A stretch of 64,000 nt of DNA from Paragordius varius (GCA_964247055.1 OZ176051.1:13082001-13146000); one strand, 5' to 3'. Shown: positions 15,001-27,037, counted from the stretch's first letter. Notes: generated by a model not told the origin, from the letters alone. Numbers and translations are program-made.

Positions 15001-18000
15001 ATCTAGTAAATGTATTATTATCTGTTTGAACCCATAAACAGTAATGAACTGGATCAAAAGTTACTAGAAAATCCTTAAACAGCCGTAGAGATTCTCCATT
15101 TATTTTTTTGAATTACGTTTTTAAGATTGATTATATGATTTATATATAATTGGTTTAAATCCAGTTTGGACACCTGCTATGTACTCTTGAATATTTTAAG
15201 AAGTTTAGAAATTTGTTGATGATGGCTATTATACGGTGGTTCTGACAATAATGGTGATTGTTGAAAGAAATTAGGAAGTTCTAATCGTTTGGCCAAACAC
15301 GATTTCACAAGTTTAGTTAATAAGATGTAAAGTCTTATTGGGATTGGATAATCATTGGGTCTAACGATTTGTTAATGATTTAAGGAAGATAAAAATCCTT
15401 AAATTTACAAGATGGAACTAGAATGTACTTAGAATTCAAATGAAAAGAAAAGGTCTACTTTAAGACCATCTGGATTGGTTTTGGAATTAGTAGAACCCGA
15501 TATTCAGTTGTATTAGAACTCGACAGATTCATTTAATAGCTTTATATTAGAATGTTTTTTTTGAAATGGAAAAAGGGAGATCAATATGATGGATCATTGG
15601 CACCATGATTCAGTTGATGTTGGTTAGGTTAAAATTCGATTAAAATAATTAGTGAATTTAAAAAAGTCGTAACTAGGGTTGTGCTGACCAAGTCATGGTT
15701 TGGACAATTGACCGGGTCATGACAGGTCAAGGACTATTTATTTTTTACAGCTGTTTTTTATAATTGCAAGTTTCTTTTTTGGAAGAGATAGTAGGATTTT
15801 ATTGTTTATATATATTTATTAAAAAATATGAATTAAATATTTTATATAAAATAATCGATATATAAATATTCTCTATTAAAAATATATTAATTGTTAAACA
15901 TGCATCCTCATAACATTAGTATTAAGCATCCATGTGAGTTTTCGACAAAACAGTACATAAAACAAACTAAATAAAAAAGATATTTAAAGCCACAAATTGG
16001 CAAAATATATTAATTCTAAATATGCATTAATATTATTAAAAATAAAGTTTTTCTTTAAAATTGATTGAATATTTCTAATAATAAATAAAATGTTTAAATA
16101 TTTAACCAATAAAATTCGTGACATTATTAGTCAAACACTTATTATTTGAGCATTATTTTCATAATCTCCAATATACACTTAAATATTATTACAGTTTTTT
16201 ATAGTTTCAAAATAATTGATAACAAATTTTTACTTTGACTTCGTACTTTTTATAATCAAAGCTAAATTTAAGTTATGACACTTCTTTTACAGGTTCTGGG
16301 AAAGTTTTAGCGCTCAATATATCGATTAATTTGGAACCTGTGTTGCCTTTTGATAATATAATAATGTGTTTTATTATCGCAGGTTAATAGTATTTTGTAG
16401 CTAATAGGATAAGATAGCGATTTCCTCATTTGATTTATAGTAAAAACATATATGAATCAGATTTGGCTTCGGATGTGTGTCATATGTAATTTTAATTCTG
16501 CTATTATGCTGATATTTATTAGGTCGAAATAATTGTGAATTATGAATGCTCTATATCTCCTAAAAATATCATTAATTAAAAAAATAGATCAACTGTCAAT
16601 AAAATAATTTGTTTATTAAAATCATTATAGGATTTTGGATTTGCATTTCAAAATAGTCATTTGTAGCCAACATTTTTTCACTCACAACCATTCATTGTTC
16701 AGCACATTGTGCATTCCCAAATAATATTAATTTTAAAAATATAGTTTAATCAAGTCCGAATATTTTAAAATTATGATAAAAATAAATTCTCTATATTTCA
16801 CATTTTTAGTTCTTTACTTAAATGAAGTAATCTGCAGAAATGCAATTATAGAGAATTTTTTCTAGGGATATTCAGCTAACAAAATCGCCAATATCAAACA
16901 TTCGTTAAAATGTTGGGAAAGAGGAATGTTTAGAAATTTTTTGTAATATATCATTTCTTCAATAGTGTCCTTTAACATTTGAAGTTGGTCCTTGAACGCT
17001 CAAGTTGGTCCTTAAACACTTCAAGTTGGTCCTTGAACACACATTTTATTAATCCTTCAACTTTTTTTAAGTTTCCAACTTTTTTCAATAAAATCATATA
17101 TCATTCATGTATTTTATAATTATATTTTTAATTAACATAAGGTTTATATCAATAAAAACTTTTAATCATTTGAAAACCCTACATTTTTAGTATTTTCTTA
17201 ATTATTTTAGATTTATAAGATTTTAACATTAATTCGAAAAAAGGGTTATTATACACTTTTTCGTGAAAAACATTTAAAATAATTTTGTTAAATGGAAAAA
17301 AATAAACAAAAAGTGGTTTTGAATAGAATTTTTAATTTTAAAGTAATTATACAATAAAAAAAAATTGAGTGAGAAAATAAAATAATAAATGCAAAAGTTT
17401 TGTTACAGTGGTTAAATTCCAACTTGAAGTGTTAAGGACCCACTTGATGTGTTCAAGGAAACTCTTGAAATGTCCTAGGACCAAATGGTATATTATTATA
17501 AATTACATAAATTTAATCTATTTGAAATTTATTCTATTTTGATATTATTTATACATTATTGAAAACATTTATCAATTTTTTCACCATTAATTTAATATAC
17601 AGCTTATATTGACACCAAACGACAATGGATCAAGTGATAATATCGCATTTTGCAGTTTGTTTATAGAAAAAAATATTTATTCGGATTGTCTATACCCTCA
17701 GGATATAGAAGATATGGTACTATTTTTTTAACTTTCATAGGCTGAAATTAAACAAATGAATAATGGAATCCAAATAACGTTGAAAAATGGGCAAAATAAA
17801 TTAGTTAAAAATGCGTTTATCATTCGTATAAATAGTGACGCATTAAACATATCTGGAACGAAACATAAATTAAATATAATTTTGGCCGATTGTTCAGGTA
17901 AATATATTTTATATATTTTTTTAACATATTTCTATATCCATTTTTATCAATAGATATATCAACAACAGGTATTTTTGTTAATTAATTTTTAGTTATAACG

Positions 18001-20238
18001 CCAACAACTACCGGTTCACATTTCAATACAACAACCCCTACACCGATAACCACGCCTACAAGAGTGACGACGCCATCCGGTCAAACAACCCCATCGGGTC
18101 AAACAACTCCATCAGGTGAAACAACTCCTTCAGAAACTACACCATCCGGTGAAACAACTCCTTCAGGACAAACTACACCATCAGCTACCACGTCATCGGG
18201 TGCAACTACACCTTCCGGTCAAACAACCCCATCTGGTCAAACAACTCCTTCAGGTCAAACTACACCATCTGGTGTAACTACTCCATCAGGTGCAACTACA
18301 CCTTCCGGTCAAACAACGCCATCCGGTCAAACAACTCCATCAGGTGAAACAACTCCTTCAGGACAAACTACACCATCCGGTGAAACAACTCCTTCAGGAC
18401 AAACTACACCATCCGGAGCTACCACGCCATCGGGTGCAACTACACCTTCCGGTCAAACAACCCCATCTCGTCAAACAACTCCTTCAGGTCAAACTACACC
18501 ATCTGGTGTAACTACTCCTTCAGGACAAACTACACCGTCCGGTGAAACAACTCCTTCAGGACAAACTACACCATCCGGAGCTACCACGCCATCGGGTGCA
18601 ACTACACCTTCCGGTCAAACAACTCCATCGGGTCAAACAACTCCATCAGGTGAAACAACTCCTTCAGGACAAACTACACCGTCCGGTGAAACAACTCCTT
18701 CAGGACAAACTACACCATCCGGAGCTACCACGCCATCGGGTGCAACTACACCTTCCGGTCAAACAACTCCATCAGGTGATACAACTCCTTCAGGACAAAC
18801 TACACCATCTGGTGTAACCACTCCATCAGGTGCAACTACACCTTCCGGTCAAACAACTCCATCTGGTCAAACAACTCCTTCAGGACAAACTACACCATCG
18901 CAAGCTACCACGCCATCGGGTGCAACTACGCCTTCAGGTCAAACTACACCCTCTGGTCAAACCACTCCATCAGGTGCTACTACGCCTTCAGGGGAAACAA
19001 CGCCATCCGGTCAAACAACTCCATCTGGTGAAACAACTCCTTCAGGACAAAGTACACCATCCGGAGCTACCACGCCATCGGGTGCAACTACACCTTCCGG
19101 TCAAACAACTCCATCTCCTCTAACTACATGCCCACTTGGTATTTATTCTTTCTACATACATAGATTATTGATAGATATACAAAGACATATATCATTTTAA
19201 TATAAATAATTTTTTTGCTCACCATACCTTTCTTCTTAAATATCAATATATATCTATTTATTTCTTTTTATCTTCTCTCTTTTTTATAATTAAGGTTTAA
19301 TTTGTCCTATAATATAGGCATCCAACAAATAAATTTTATTAGACAAGTGCTATTTTAAAAATATAAAATATATTTCTACACAATTAAACTAAAGTTTGTT
19401 TACTTTTATTACCGTGTACTTTCTAGCACCTTTCCTAACATTACGTTATTACAGTATGAGTAAGTATACATTGCTAGAAAGTTATTAATTATTGCCAAAA
19501 TGTAAATAGAACAAAAGGCAGTATTATTGGCTAATAAGTGAAAAAATAACTAGCCAATAATAATGCCCTTTGTTATATTTACTATTTGGCAATAATTAAT
19601 ACTTTCTAGCAACCTATACTAACTCAGACTGTATTGTATATTAAGATAAATAGATACTATTAATTGTATATACAATTGACAGTACAGTAGCGTTTCTTAA
19701 ATAACAGATGGTTAAAATTACATTTTTATTTCTTACATTTATTTAATTTAAAAAAAATTCTTTATATCATACACTACTGCATTTCGATTGGCTAACAATA
19801 ATGGGAATTGACCATCATCACAGAGCGTACATATTATTGATTTAAAATATAATCTCGTTTAGGCATACCAATATGCGATCTCGTTACAGAAAGTGGATTG
19901 TACAATTTATCTGATATCGTAACCTGTACTTCACCATCATGCAGGTTTTTTTTATTTTTTTATTGATGCATCAGATGGGTTAATTTTATCAAATAGTATT
20001 TTGCAATACAAAAGTTTAATCGTTTACCCCATTTACTTTATAATGTATTAAGTGGAGAGATTTATCTGGAAAGAACCAAAAATGCTGTTATTTGGCCATC
20101 CAAAGATAATGATACCTTCCATCTATTTTCCAGCAATGAAGATGACAGGCAACGAAAGATATATGAAACATTAACCATAATTTTGTATTTGAAAACCAAG
20201 TTCCACATCTCATTTGAGGCTGATAGCAATGTACGTAA

Positions 20239-20280
<42 letters not shown>

Positions 20281-21103
20281 TTATAAGCATAAAAGTTTTT
20301 AGCTAGTAGATTCGGGTTCATGTTGCAATAAAAACTGATAAAACCGATTCAAGCATTCAGCTGTTTCTAAAAATTTTATTTATGGATTATAAGGAAAATT
20401 TTGCTAATCAAGTAATACATAATTTAAAAGCGTTTTTTGACTTCAATTAAAGCATATAAAATGCAATCAGAACTAAAAAATAATTATAAAATTTGGTTAT
20501 ATTAGCTAGTTAATCGTTATAATTTATATCAGAAATGCATTGTATAAAAACGTTAATTTTTTTTGAATTGCGTCTTGACTTTTTACATAACTTTAACCCG
20601 TTTGGCGCGGTGGGAAAGATAAAGTTTTAAATAATATTTATCGCAAATTTTAAATTTTTATTCTAAATGTAAAAAGCTCTAAAATTAATTGGATATATAA
20701 TGTTATTTTTAATTTTTGGGATTACATGTTTATAAATAAAATTACTCAAAACTGTTTGTAATAATCTAACAAAGGAAAAAAAGGTCGTTTTTTAAAATTA
20801 AGATATGCATTAACCGGTCTCTCTATTAATATATTGCTTAAATCTCGTAACTCAAATTCAATACGCCAGAGCAAGATTTTTGAAGGGTAATAAAGCCTAG
20901 CATGTCTATGATAATTATTTAACTATGTGTAAATAGCTTGTCTTGGAGAAAAAAGAATTAATTGCTCCCGATGCTGTTGCATTCTGCACCTTATTCATCC
21001 GAAATGATATCTTTTCTGATTGTTTCCATGGCAAAGATGTAGAGAATATGGTAAGATAGTTTCTTTATAGTTTTAGCCATTACTCAAAGTCCCGATTTTT
21101 GAT

Positions 21104-21135
<32 letters not shown>

Positions 21136-24100
21136 TTTACATGAATTTAGGTACAAGTAAGACAAGATACAAAATCTATTACAATTCAAGAGAATAAGAA
21201 TGGCCAAACTATTGATCGCGTAATTAATGACGCCTTCATAGTATATGTCAATCACAAGGCAATCAATACTTTGGGTGACAAACAAAAATTAAACATTGTC
21301 ATTGCTAATTGTGAAGGTATGATTCGTACAAAATTTTTATCAATAATTTTACCAGTTTTGTTTAAATTTCGGGGAACATTGTATACGTAAGTATACCAAT
21401 CGGGATGATAACTATATATCTCAAATAGTAAATGCATCATATAACTTTTGTTAATTGCTCAATCGAAGATTCCCAAAATTATCGCATACTATTATATTTT
21501 TTTGTTTTAAGATAAAAGCATTATAGCTTAAACTTTTCAAAAAATTATTCCGTTATTTTATTTAGATTATTTCTATTGTTTGGTATAACACGGTAATAAG
21601 TATATTTTTAAAAACTCAATTTTTAATTATACTTTTTTACAAACAAAATATCATTCTTATTTTATTTTATAATATTTATTTCATCCATATCGAAAATGGA
21701 CATGGTTTTAATGCAAAAATAATTAAAAAACGAATCTCTCAACCCATTCACTATCAAAATTAGAATAATTTTAAATCTGAATAATATTAACGTTTCTCTT
21801 TAAAAGAGTGACAAACAAGGATCACAATCATTTCCCAATCAAAAAAAACGTTTTCCTAGTCAATCACGATTTGCTGGTCAATCAAATCGATTTCCCAGTC
21901 AATTAAAATAATTCCCCAGTCAATCGAATCTATTTTCCAATTGAAAATTTTCCCAGTTAACAAAAACATTGGTTTTATTTTAATGATAAATATCGAAACA
22001 AGATACAAAAAGAACTTTTAACACTATGAGCATATCAATGGGATATTATTTTTCATAAAAACATAATTGAATGACATTCTATATAAGCCACAATCATTAA
22101 TGACTTTTATGTTTTATTAATTGGATTAGTATTTATGGTTTTTGAGATATTTTTAAATATTTAAAAAAAATTATTTTATTGATTTCGCATTAATATTCCG
22201 TAACCTATAAAATCTATAGTTTCGGATAGAAAATAAATAATATACCATTTTCGCCAATCGGTTATTTCACCCTTCAAATTGCTTTTTAAAATGCCAAATT
22301 TGTCGATAAAAATTCGGGAAAAATAGCTAAATCAATTTTAAATATATAAAAATAAAAAGGATAATTTAAAAGAAAAATATATTATAAAGTCGCAAATGTT
22401 ATATCTTTAAAGTTTTAAATGACTAATTTGAGATGAAAATGGTATACTTTTAAAATTTTAGATTTAATAGGTTAGCCCCGAATATTTGTACGAACTATAA
22501 AATAAAAAAATAAATGTTTTCTTAAAAATATCTCACGAACCATAATTTCATCCACATAATATATTTCTTTTAAAGAATTCTGTTATTAATGATTGTGTAT
22601 TGGCATATATAGAAAAAATTGTCATTCAATAATTATATACTTATTAAAAAACATCCCATTAATAAGTTCATAGTGGTAAAAAGTTATTTTTATATCTTGT
22701 TTTTATATTTATCATTATAAATAAAACCGTTTTTATTGACTGGAAAAATGTTTCGATTTACTGATAAAATGTATTGAGTGACAAGGAAAATGTTTCGATT
22801 CACTGGGAAAATGTTTCGCACTGGAAAAATGTATCTATAGACTGGGAAAACGTTTCGATTGACTGGGAAAATGATATATACTATGAATTTACCATTATAA
22901 TTTTTTTAATTCCTAATCAAAATTAAAATAATATCTTTTAATAATTTGATGCCGCTGATATGCTATCTCGTTAACTTTAAACTTAACTTAAATTTTTTTT
23001 TCATTTTACATAGTTAACGAAAGATATGATTCTTTAGCGACATAAGTGTTAAAAATAAATTGTATTTTATCGATTCTATCCCACTTCAAACCTATGTTTC
23101 ATGATAATTTATTAAAAAGTAAAAACTTCGGAGCTGCATAAAAAGTCAGAAATAATTTTCTGTACAAATTTAAAATATGTTTGCCAATAGAGGTTATGGC
23201 AATCCAAATATTTTATACATATGGTACTAGTCATTTTACTAAAAACAAGAAGTCCGTGTTCTCAAAAATTATTCGCGTTTTTATTATCGCTAAAAAGATC
23301 AATTTGAAAAATATGGAATAAACTTTCTTCTGAAAAAATTATTAATAAGAATTAATTTATATTAAGAAATTATCTACTTGGCTATAAATCTCGGTTTTGG
23401 ACAAAACTGATTCCCATATTTTATAAATTGAAACCGTGATATATATTAAAAATTAATAAAATTGGAATACATTATTTTTTATAAAATTGGTTGTATTTAT
23501 AATTCGAGAATCGACAATTTTTAAGATTATTAATGGTTGAAATGCCAGCTTTATAGTTTGTATACCAAATATTATTTTTTCATAACATAAAATATAGAGT
23601 GATCGTTTGATGCACTTATTTAAAAAAGCCTTTTTTATAACGAAATTATTCTAAATAAAAATTTGGTTAATGTGGAATCTACCAAGAAAATTATAAATCT
23701 TTATATATTTAAAGTTCTATAAACTATACTCTAGTCATTTAAAAAAATACTATTTTCACACAAATTTTCATTTATCTTTTTTAACACACCATTTTACCTT
23801 AAGGTAGTATTATAGCGCGATTAAGGTATTTGAGCAATTAACCCAAATTTATAGATATGTTTAGCATTCTAGTGCTACATTTTTTTTTAATTTTATAAAA
23901 AATTCTCATCTCAATTTTTTTTGCCGCCAATTTTTTGTATAAATATTCTTAAATCGCTAAAGGAAGGCAAATAAATGTATATTATGGTTGAAATGTAAAT
24001 AACTTTAAAAAGCTTTCGTATCTTCCCAGCAATGTATCAGCTGTTCGTTTCGATCATGTTTTGGGGTCGTCCCGATTTTAAACTAAAATATAAATATATA

Positions 24101-26590
24101 ATACATGAAAAAACTATGATTAATCAATTCTAATATCGGTAGCTTATTTATGAAATAGCTCTGGATAAAAATACCCCAAAAAAGCTAATTAGGGAAAAAA
24201 AGTTAATAAAATGTTAAACATGAATATAATAGCAACATTTTTGGATATGACACTCAGCGTATTATACCAACTAAAATAAACGAAATATTGAATAATATTT
24301 TTTTTATTGTGTTTTTAGAAACTACGACAACCACTACATCCATCAGCACGCTACCTTCGCTCTCGACAAGTATTATTTTTAATTAACTACATAATTTATC
24401 TTAACTTTTGGGATTACCAAAATATATTATTAAGATTCATATAACATTTTTCCAATCTTAAGTTTTTTTGAATCATGCTTTCTTACATTTCTTATAGGAT
24501 TTTATAAAAAATTTAAGTATTCTCCTTTTTAAAATAATTTTTATGTATCAATAACAAATTTGTATTAGCTATGCCCATCTCTTCTACCACTGATATAACT
24601 GGAGAAACAACAACAGAACCTACAACACCTTATACCTCACCAGATGGACAAACCACTACTTCAGATTCACGTATATTATTTATATAAGTGTGCTTAATGT
24701 GTATAAATGTTTGAAAATAAATACGTTGGATACAAGAACATAAATTATAATTGTAGCAATAAATTTTAAATTTTATTATAGGGGTAACCGTGATTGATTG
24801 TCCTGACGAAGATAATACAAGTAAGATAATTTATCAACCAAAATTTGATTTATTCATTATATTTTCAGAATAGAAATAAAAATTTATTTTTTATTCAGCT
24901 AAAACTCCAGCTTATGATATTGGAGCCATTTGCTTTGTGGTAGAAAGCGCAGGACTTTATGACATACGACAAGAATTGAATTTACCAAAGTATATACATA
25001 GCACAATATATCGTTTTCGTTGATTCGTAAATTTCTTTTTTTATGGAACATTGTAGTCAGAAAAAATGGTGTCTTGTAAATGTCGTATTTTATTTATTAT
25101 AGAGAGGCACAATTTAAAACACCAACCTACCTCTCTAAACAAAACAACAGTGTACAATGGACGGTAGATGGTGATAAAATTTTCCAAGCTTCTGATAATG
25201 TGTACACTGCATTAGATACAAATACTCTATCCGACATTTCAATGGCTAACAAATACTTTAACCTTAAAATGAAGGCTAGAAGTGATGTATGGATAAAATT
25301 ATAATCATTTTTGTTAATCTCTGTTTTTATAATGATGACTGGTTAATTATTACTGTTTTTCTCTTTAGTTATCATTGGAAATCAGCCAAGACACCAAGAT
25401 GAACAAATTCTGTGGTTTACATTTTGGCTCTGCTGGTCTGGCTTCTAGGTGCTATGATCTCTCCATACCAAAATCTTCTACATTGAAAAAAGTAAATTAA
25501 CATTTTCCATGATATACCAAATAAAATGCCTACACATACTCATTCATATAAACTATGATGGGTAAAAAAACAAAATATTTCAAAAGAAACGATAAGGTTT
25601 GCATATTAATCGGTCTAATTTTTCATGGATAAAAAATAAGTATGATCGCAACAAATTTTAGTATCGCCTATTCATTCATTATAAAATTATTTTATAAATA
25701 TTTTTTTTCAGTTGTCGGTGGTACAAAAGGATGACCATATAGCTGTTAATGAATACTTTGAGGATAGTGTTATTCGTAAAGCTATCAGTAAGACGTTTGT
25801 TACTGAAATGTCGTTTGAAAACGCCGTTTTAGAACCAATCGCAATGGGCCAACATAAACTTGATATCATCCTTCAGAACTGCACAGATCGTAAATATTTT
25901 TTATAAAAAAAATAATTTCATCATTTTATATTAATTTGTTTAATTGACCAAACTTAAGTTGTCAAATATTCAACTCTAATTTATATTTGATACATTTATA
26001 TAGAATGCTTAGATGAAACCGTTTGGTCTAACTATACACTGCCTGATCATACCAAAGATCAAAACAAAAGTATTTGATTTTTCATTCTGTTAATGCCTTA
26101 GGCGGTGATATTGATTGTATTTATTGAAAAATTATATTTTTATTTTTTTGTAGCGGCCTACTTGGAATATGACTGTATGTGTGAGCTTGTCCAAGAACCT
26201 GGTGTTTACAACATCTTAAACTTGAATGACCGTTTACCAAAATTGGAGTATATATACATTTTATTTTATTAATCTCTTACTTTTGAAAACACATTATATA
26301 TTTGCAATAATATAGATGGATTTTTTATATGATTAAATCCATTCTCTTCTTATGTATAGAAACGTTAAATTATACCCCGAAAATAAGGCTATTGCCCTCA
26401 AGCTTATAGCCAACTTTAACCCCGTCGAAGAAAATGGCAAGATAACATATCAATTATTTAATGATCAAGAGCAAACTTATTTGAGACAATTAACTGATGT
26501 AGCAGATTACAGTATATCCGTTAATGCTGATGTAAGTGGAAACTTTTTAACAACTAAACAATATCGATTGTCATAAAAATAAATTATGAG

Positions 26591-26638
<48 letters not shown>

Positions 26639-27037
26639 GTTAAATTCAATATCATGACACCCCCGGGAACTAAATCATCTACCATTTATATAGCCGATCT
26701 AACTAGTAAAAAGATCAAATACATTGAATCAGCCGATTATCCAAACGTAATTTTTTGAGAAATATAAATGAAAATTTAATTATTATATCAATCCATAAAA
26801 AATTATTCCATCTTGTTGTAAATTTATATATTATTTGTTAAATCTGTTTTACAGATAACCGTATCACAAAGTCGAGCTGGAGTAAGCATGAATTATATGA
26901 CAAACAGTGGAGAAGAGAAATTTGCTTATTTCAAGAACTTTGTCATTACTCAAGTTGATGTTCCATCCACACCTGAAAACAAGGAAATCTTTGATGAAGC
27001 TTACCTAGTCGTATCCAAGCCAATTAAGGATTGTTAA
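1..27037 (+). CDS. Giant multi-exon mucin-like secreted glycoprotein (5' end upstream of window): (XTTPSG)n PTS exons alternating with a ~180-aa Cys-containing domain; about 5,290 aa in window
   Basis: Phase-consistent GT-AG chain: 1-22, 51-207, 295-309, 338-3097, 3127-3208, 3238-3412, 3494-3616, 3645-3801, 3889-3903, 3932-6910, 6940-7021, 7051-7225, 7307-7429, 7458-7614, 7702-7716, 7745-10111, 10141-10222, 10252-10426, 10508-10630, 10659-10815, 10903-10917, 10946-13255, 13285-13366, 13396-13558, 17603-17716, 17741-17897, 17954-17968, 17993-19138, 19863-19944, 20053-20230, 20937-21050, 21151-21316, 24319-24369, 24569-24670, 24782-24820, 24899-24989, 25103-25286, 25369-25491, 25712-25889, 26004-26069, 26154-26247, 26360-26531, 26639-26746, 26855-27037 (ends KPIKDC-TAA). 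Sum 15,874 nt. The ORF-track stops at 3126, 6939, 10140 and 13284 are the TAG of 3' splice sites. Confidence 0.85.
338..3097 (+). repeat. PTS exon 1: coding 18-nt tandem repeat, roughly 150 x (Q/E/A/V)TTPSG
   Basis: 2760 nt, phase 1-1, open frame; ORF 340..3126. Confidence 0.95.
3127..3801 (+). CDS. Inter-PTS Cys domain copy 1 (4 exons); near-identical copies at 6940-7614 and 10141-10815, partial copy at 1-207
   Basis: Spliced translation TIDICELVTENGNYSLSDLVGCTSPSCK/DDIYLERDGDKIIWPID...YQTLTILFYLKTKFNLTFIADSN/LVLVTKP...IAICSLFIEKDIYSDCLYPQDIED..I/KQIEQLQNGI...GDKHKLNIVLIDCA. Confidence 0.85.
3932..6910 (+). repeat. PTS exon 2: roughly 160 x XTTPSG
   Basis: 2979 nt, phase 1-1; 612 nt longer than PTS exon 3, matching an internal 612-nt duplication. 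Confidence 0.95.
7745..10111 (+). repeat. PTS exon 3: roughly 127 x XTTPSG
   Basis: 2367 nt, phase 1-1; ORF 7747..10140. Confidence 0.95.
10946..13255 (+). repeat. PTS exon 4: roughly 124 x XTTPSG
   Basis: 2310 nt, phase 1-1; 3-nt deletion near 11689 keeps frame. Confidence 0.95.
13285..17897 (+). CDS. Inter-PTS Cys domain copy 4 (chimeric; contains a 4-kb intron)
   Basis: Exons 13285-13366, 13396-13558, 17603-17716, 17741-17897; IAFCSLFIEKNIYSDCLYPQDIEDM and HKLNIILADC match copy 1. Confidence 0.85.
15040..15500 (-). pseudogene. Degenerate non-LTR (LINE) reverse transcriptase fragment in mucin intron
   Basis: Minus-strand motifs in LINE RT order, with stops and frameshifts: LIPKP (~15490), RP, QTGFKP (~15160), DFLVTFDPVH (~15050; compare D..KAFD.V.H). 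Confidence 0.5.
16946..17492. mobile_element. Foldback-type MITE with ~20-bp subterminal repeats (cttcaagttggtccttgaaca); related copy 55101-55556
   Basis: Inverted arms; ends TATATCATTT...AAATGGTATA. Confidence 0.7.
17993..19138 (+). repeat. PTS exon 5 (more diverged): roughly 59 x XTTPSG
   Basis: 1146 nt, phase 1-1; starts VITPTTTGSHFNTT, ends PLTTCPL. Confidence 0.92.
19452..19631. mobile_element. Palindromic Tc1/mariner-type MITE (TA-flanked); second copy ~63266-63451
   Basis: ta|cagtatgag...ttgctagaaagt ... actttctagcaa...cagactg|ta; near end-to-end hairpin. Confidence 0.75.
19863..21316 (+). CDS. Inter-PTS Cys domain copy 5
   Basis: IPICDLVTESGLYNLSDIVTCTSPSC/GEIYLERTKNAVIWP...YETLTIILYLKTKFHISFEADSN/...VAFCTLFIRNDIFSDC/...GDKQKLNIVIANC; same intron phases; mostly missed by ORF track. 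Confidence 0.85.
21827..22880. mobile_element. Foldback element with ~300-bp inverted arms and ~22-bp ttcccagtcaatcgaa subrepeats; contains MITE 22241-22446
   Basis: Arm 21827-~22130 is the reverse complement of ~22580-22880; same arms at 43777-44865. Confidence 0.75.
24899..25889 (+). CDS. Cys domain copy 6 (divergent)
   Basis: ICFVVESAGLYDI / YLSKQNNSVQW...KYFNLKMKARSD / FCGLHFGSAGLASRC / GQHKLDIILQNC; intron phases 1,2,0,0,1 as in other copies. Confidence 0.75.
26154..27037 (+). CDS. Cys domain copy 7 (C-terminal, most divergent)
   Basis: MCELVQEPGVYNI matches ICELVTENGNYSL; same 4-exon layout; terminal Cys then TAA. Confidence 0.7.
26595..26632. repeat. (TA)n microsatellite next to 3' splice site; others at ~20245-20280 and ~63453-63510, (AAT)n at ~21106-21134
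   Basis: Directly visible simple repeats. Confidence 0.9.

Noticed and set aside
572-19123. Many Leu/Gln/His-rich ORFs (e.g. MKLHPLVKQRRL...)
   Set aside because: They are alternate-frame shadows of the 18-nt TTPSG repeat and are broken by stops wherever a tga/taa falls in that frame.
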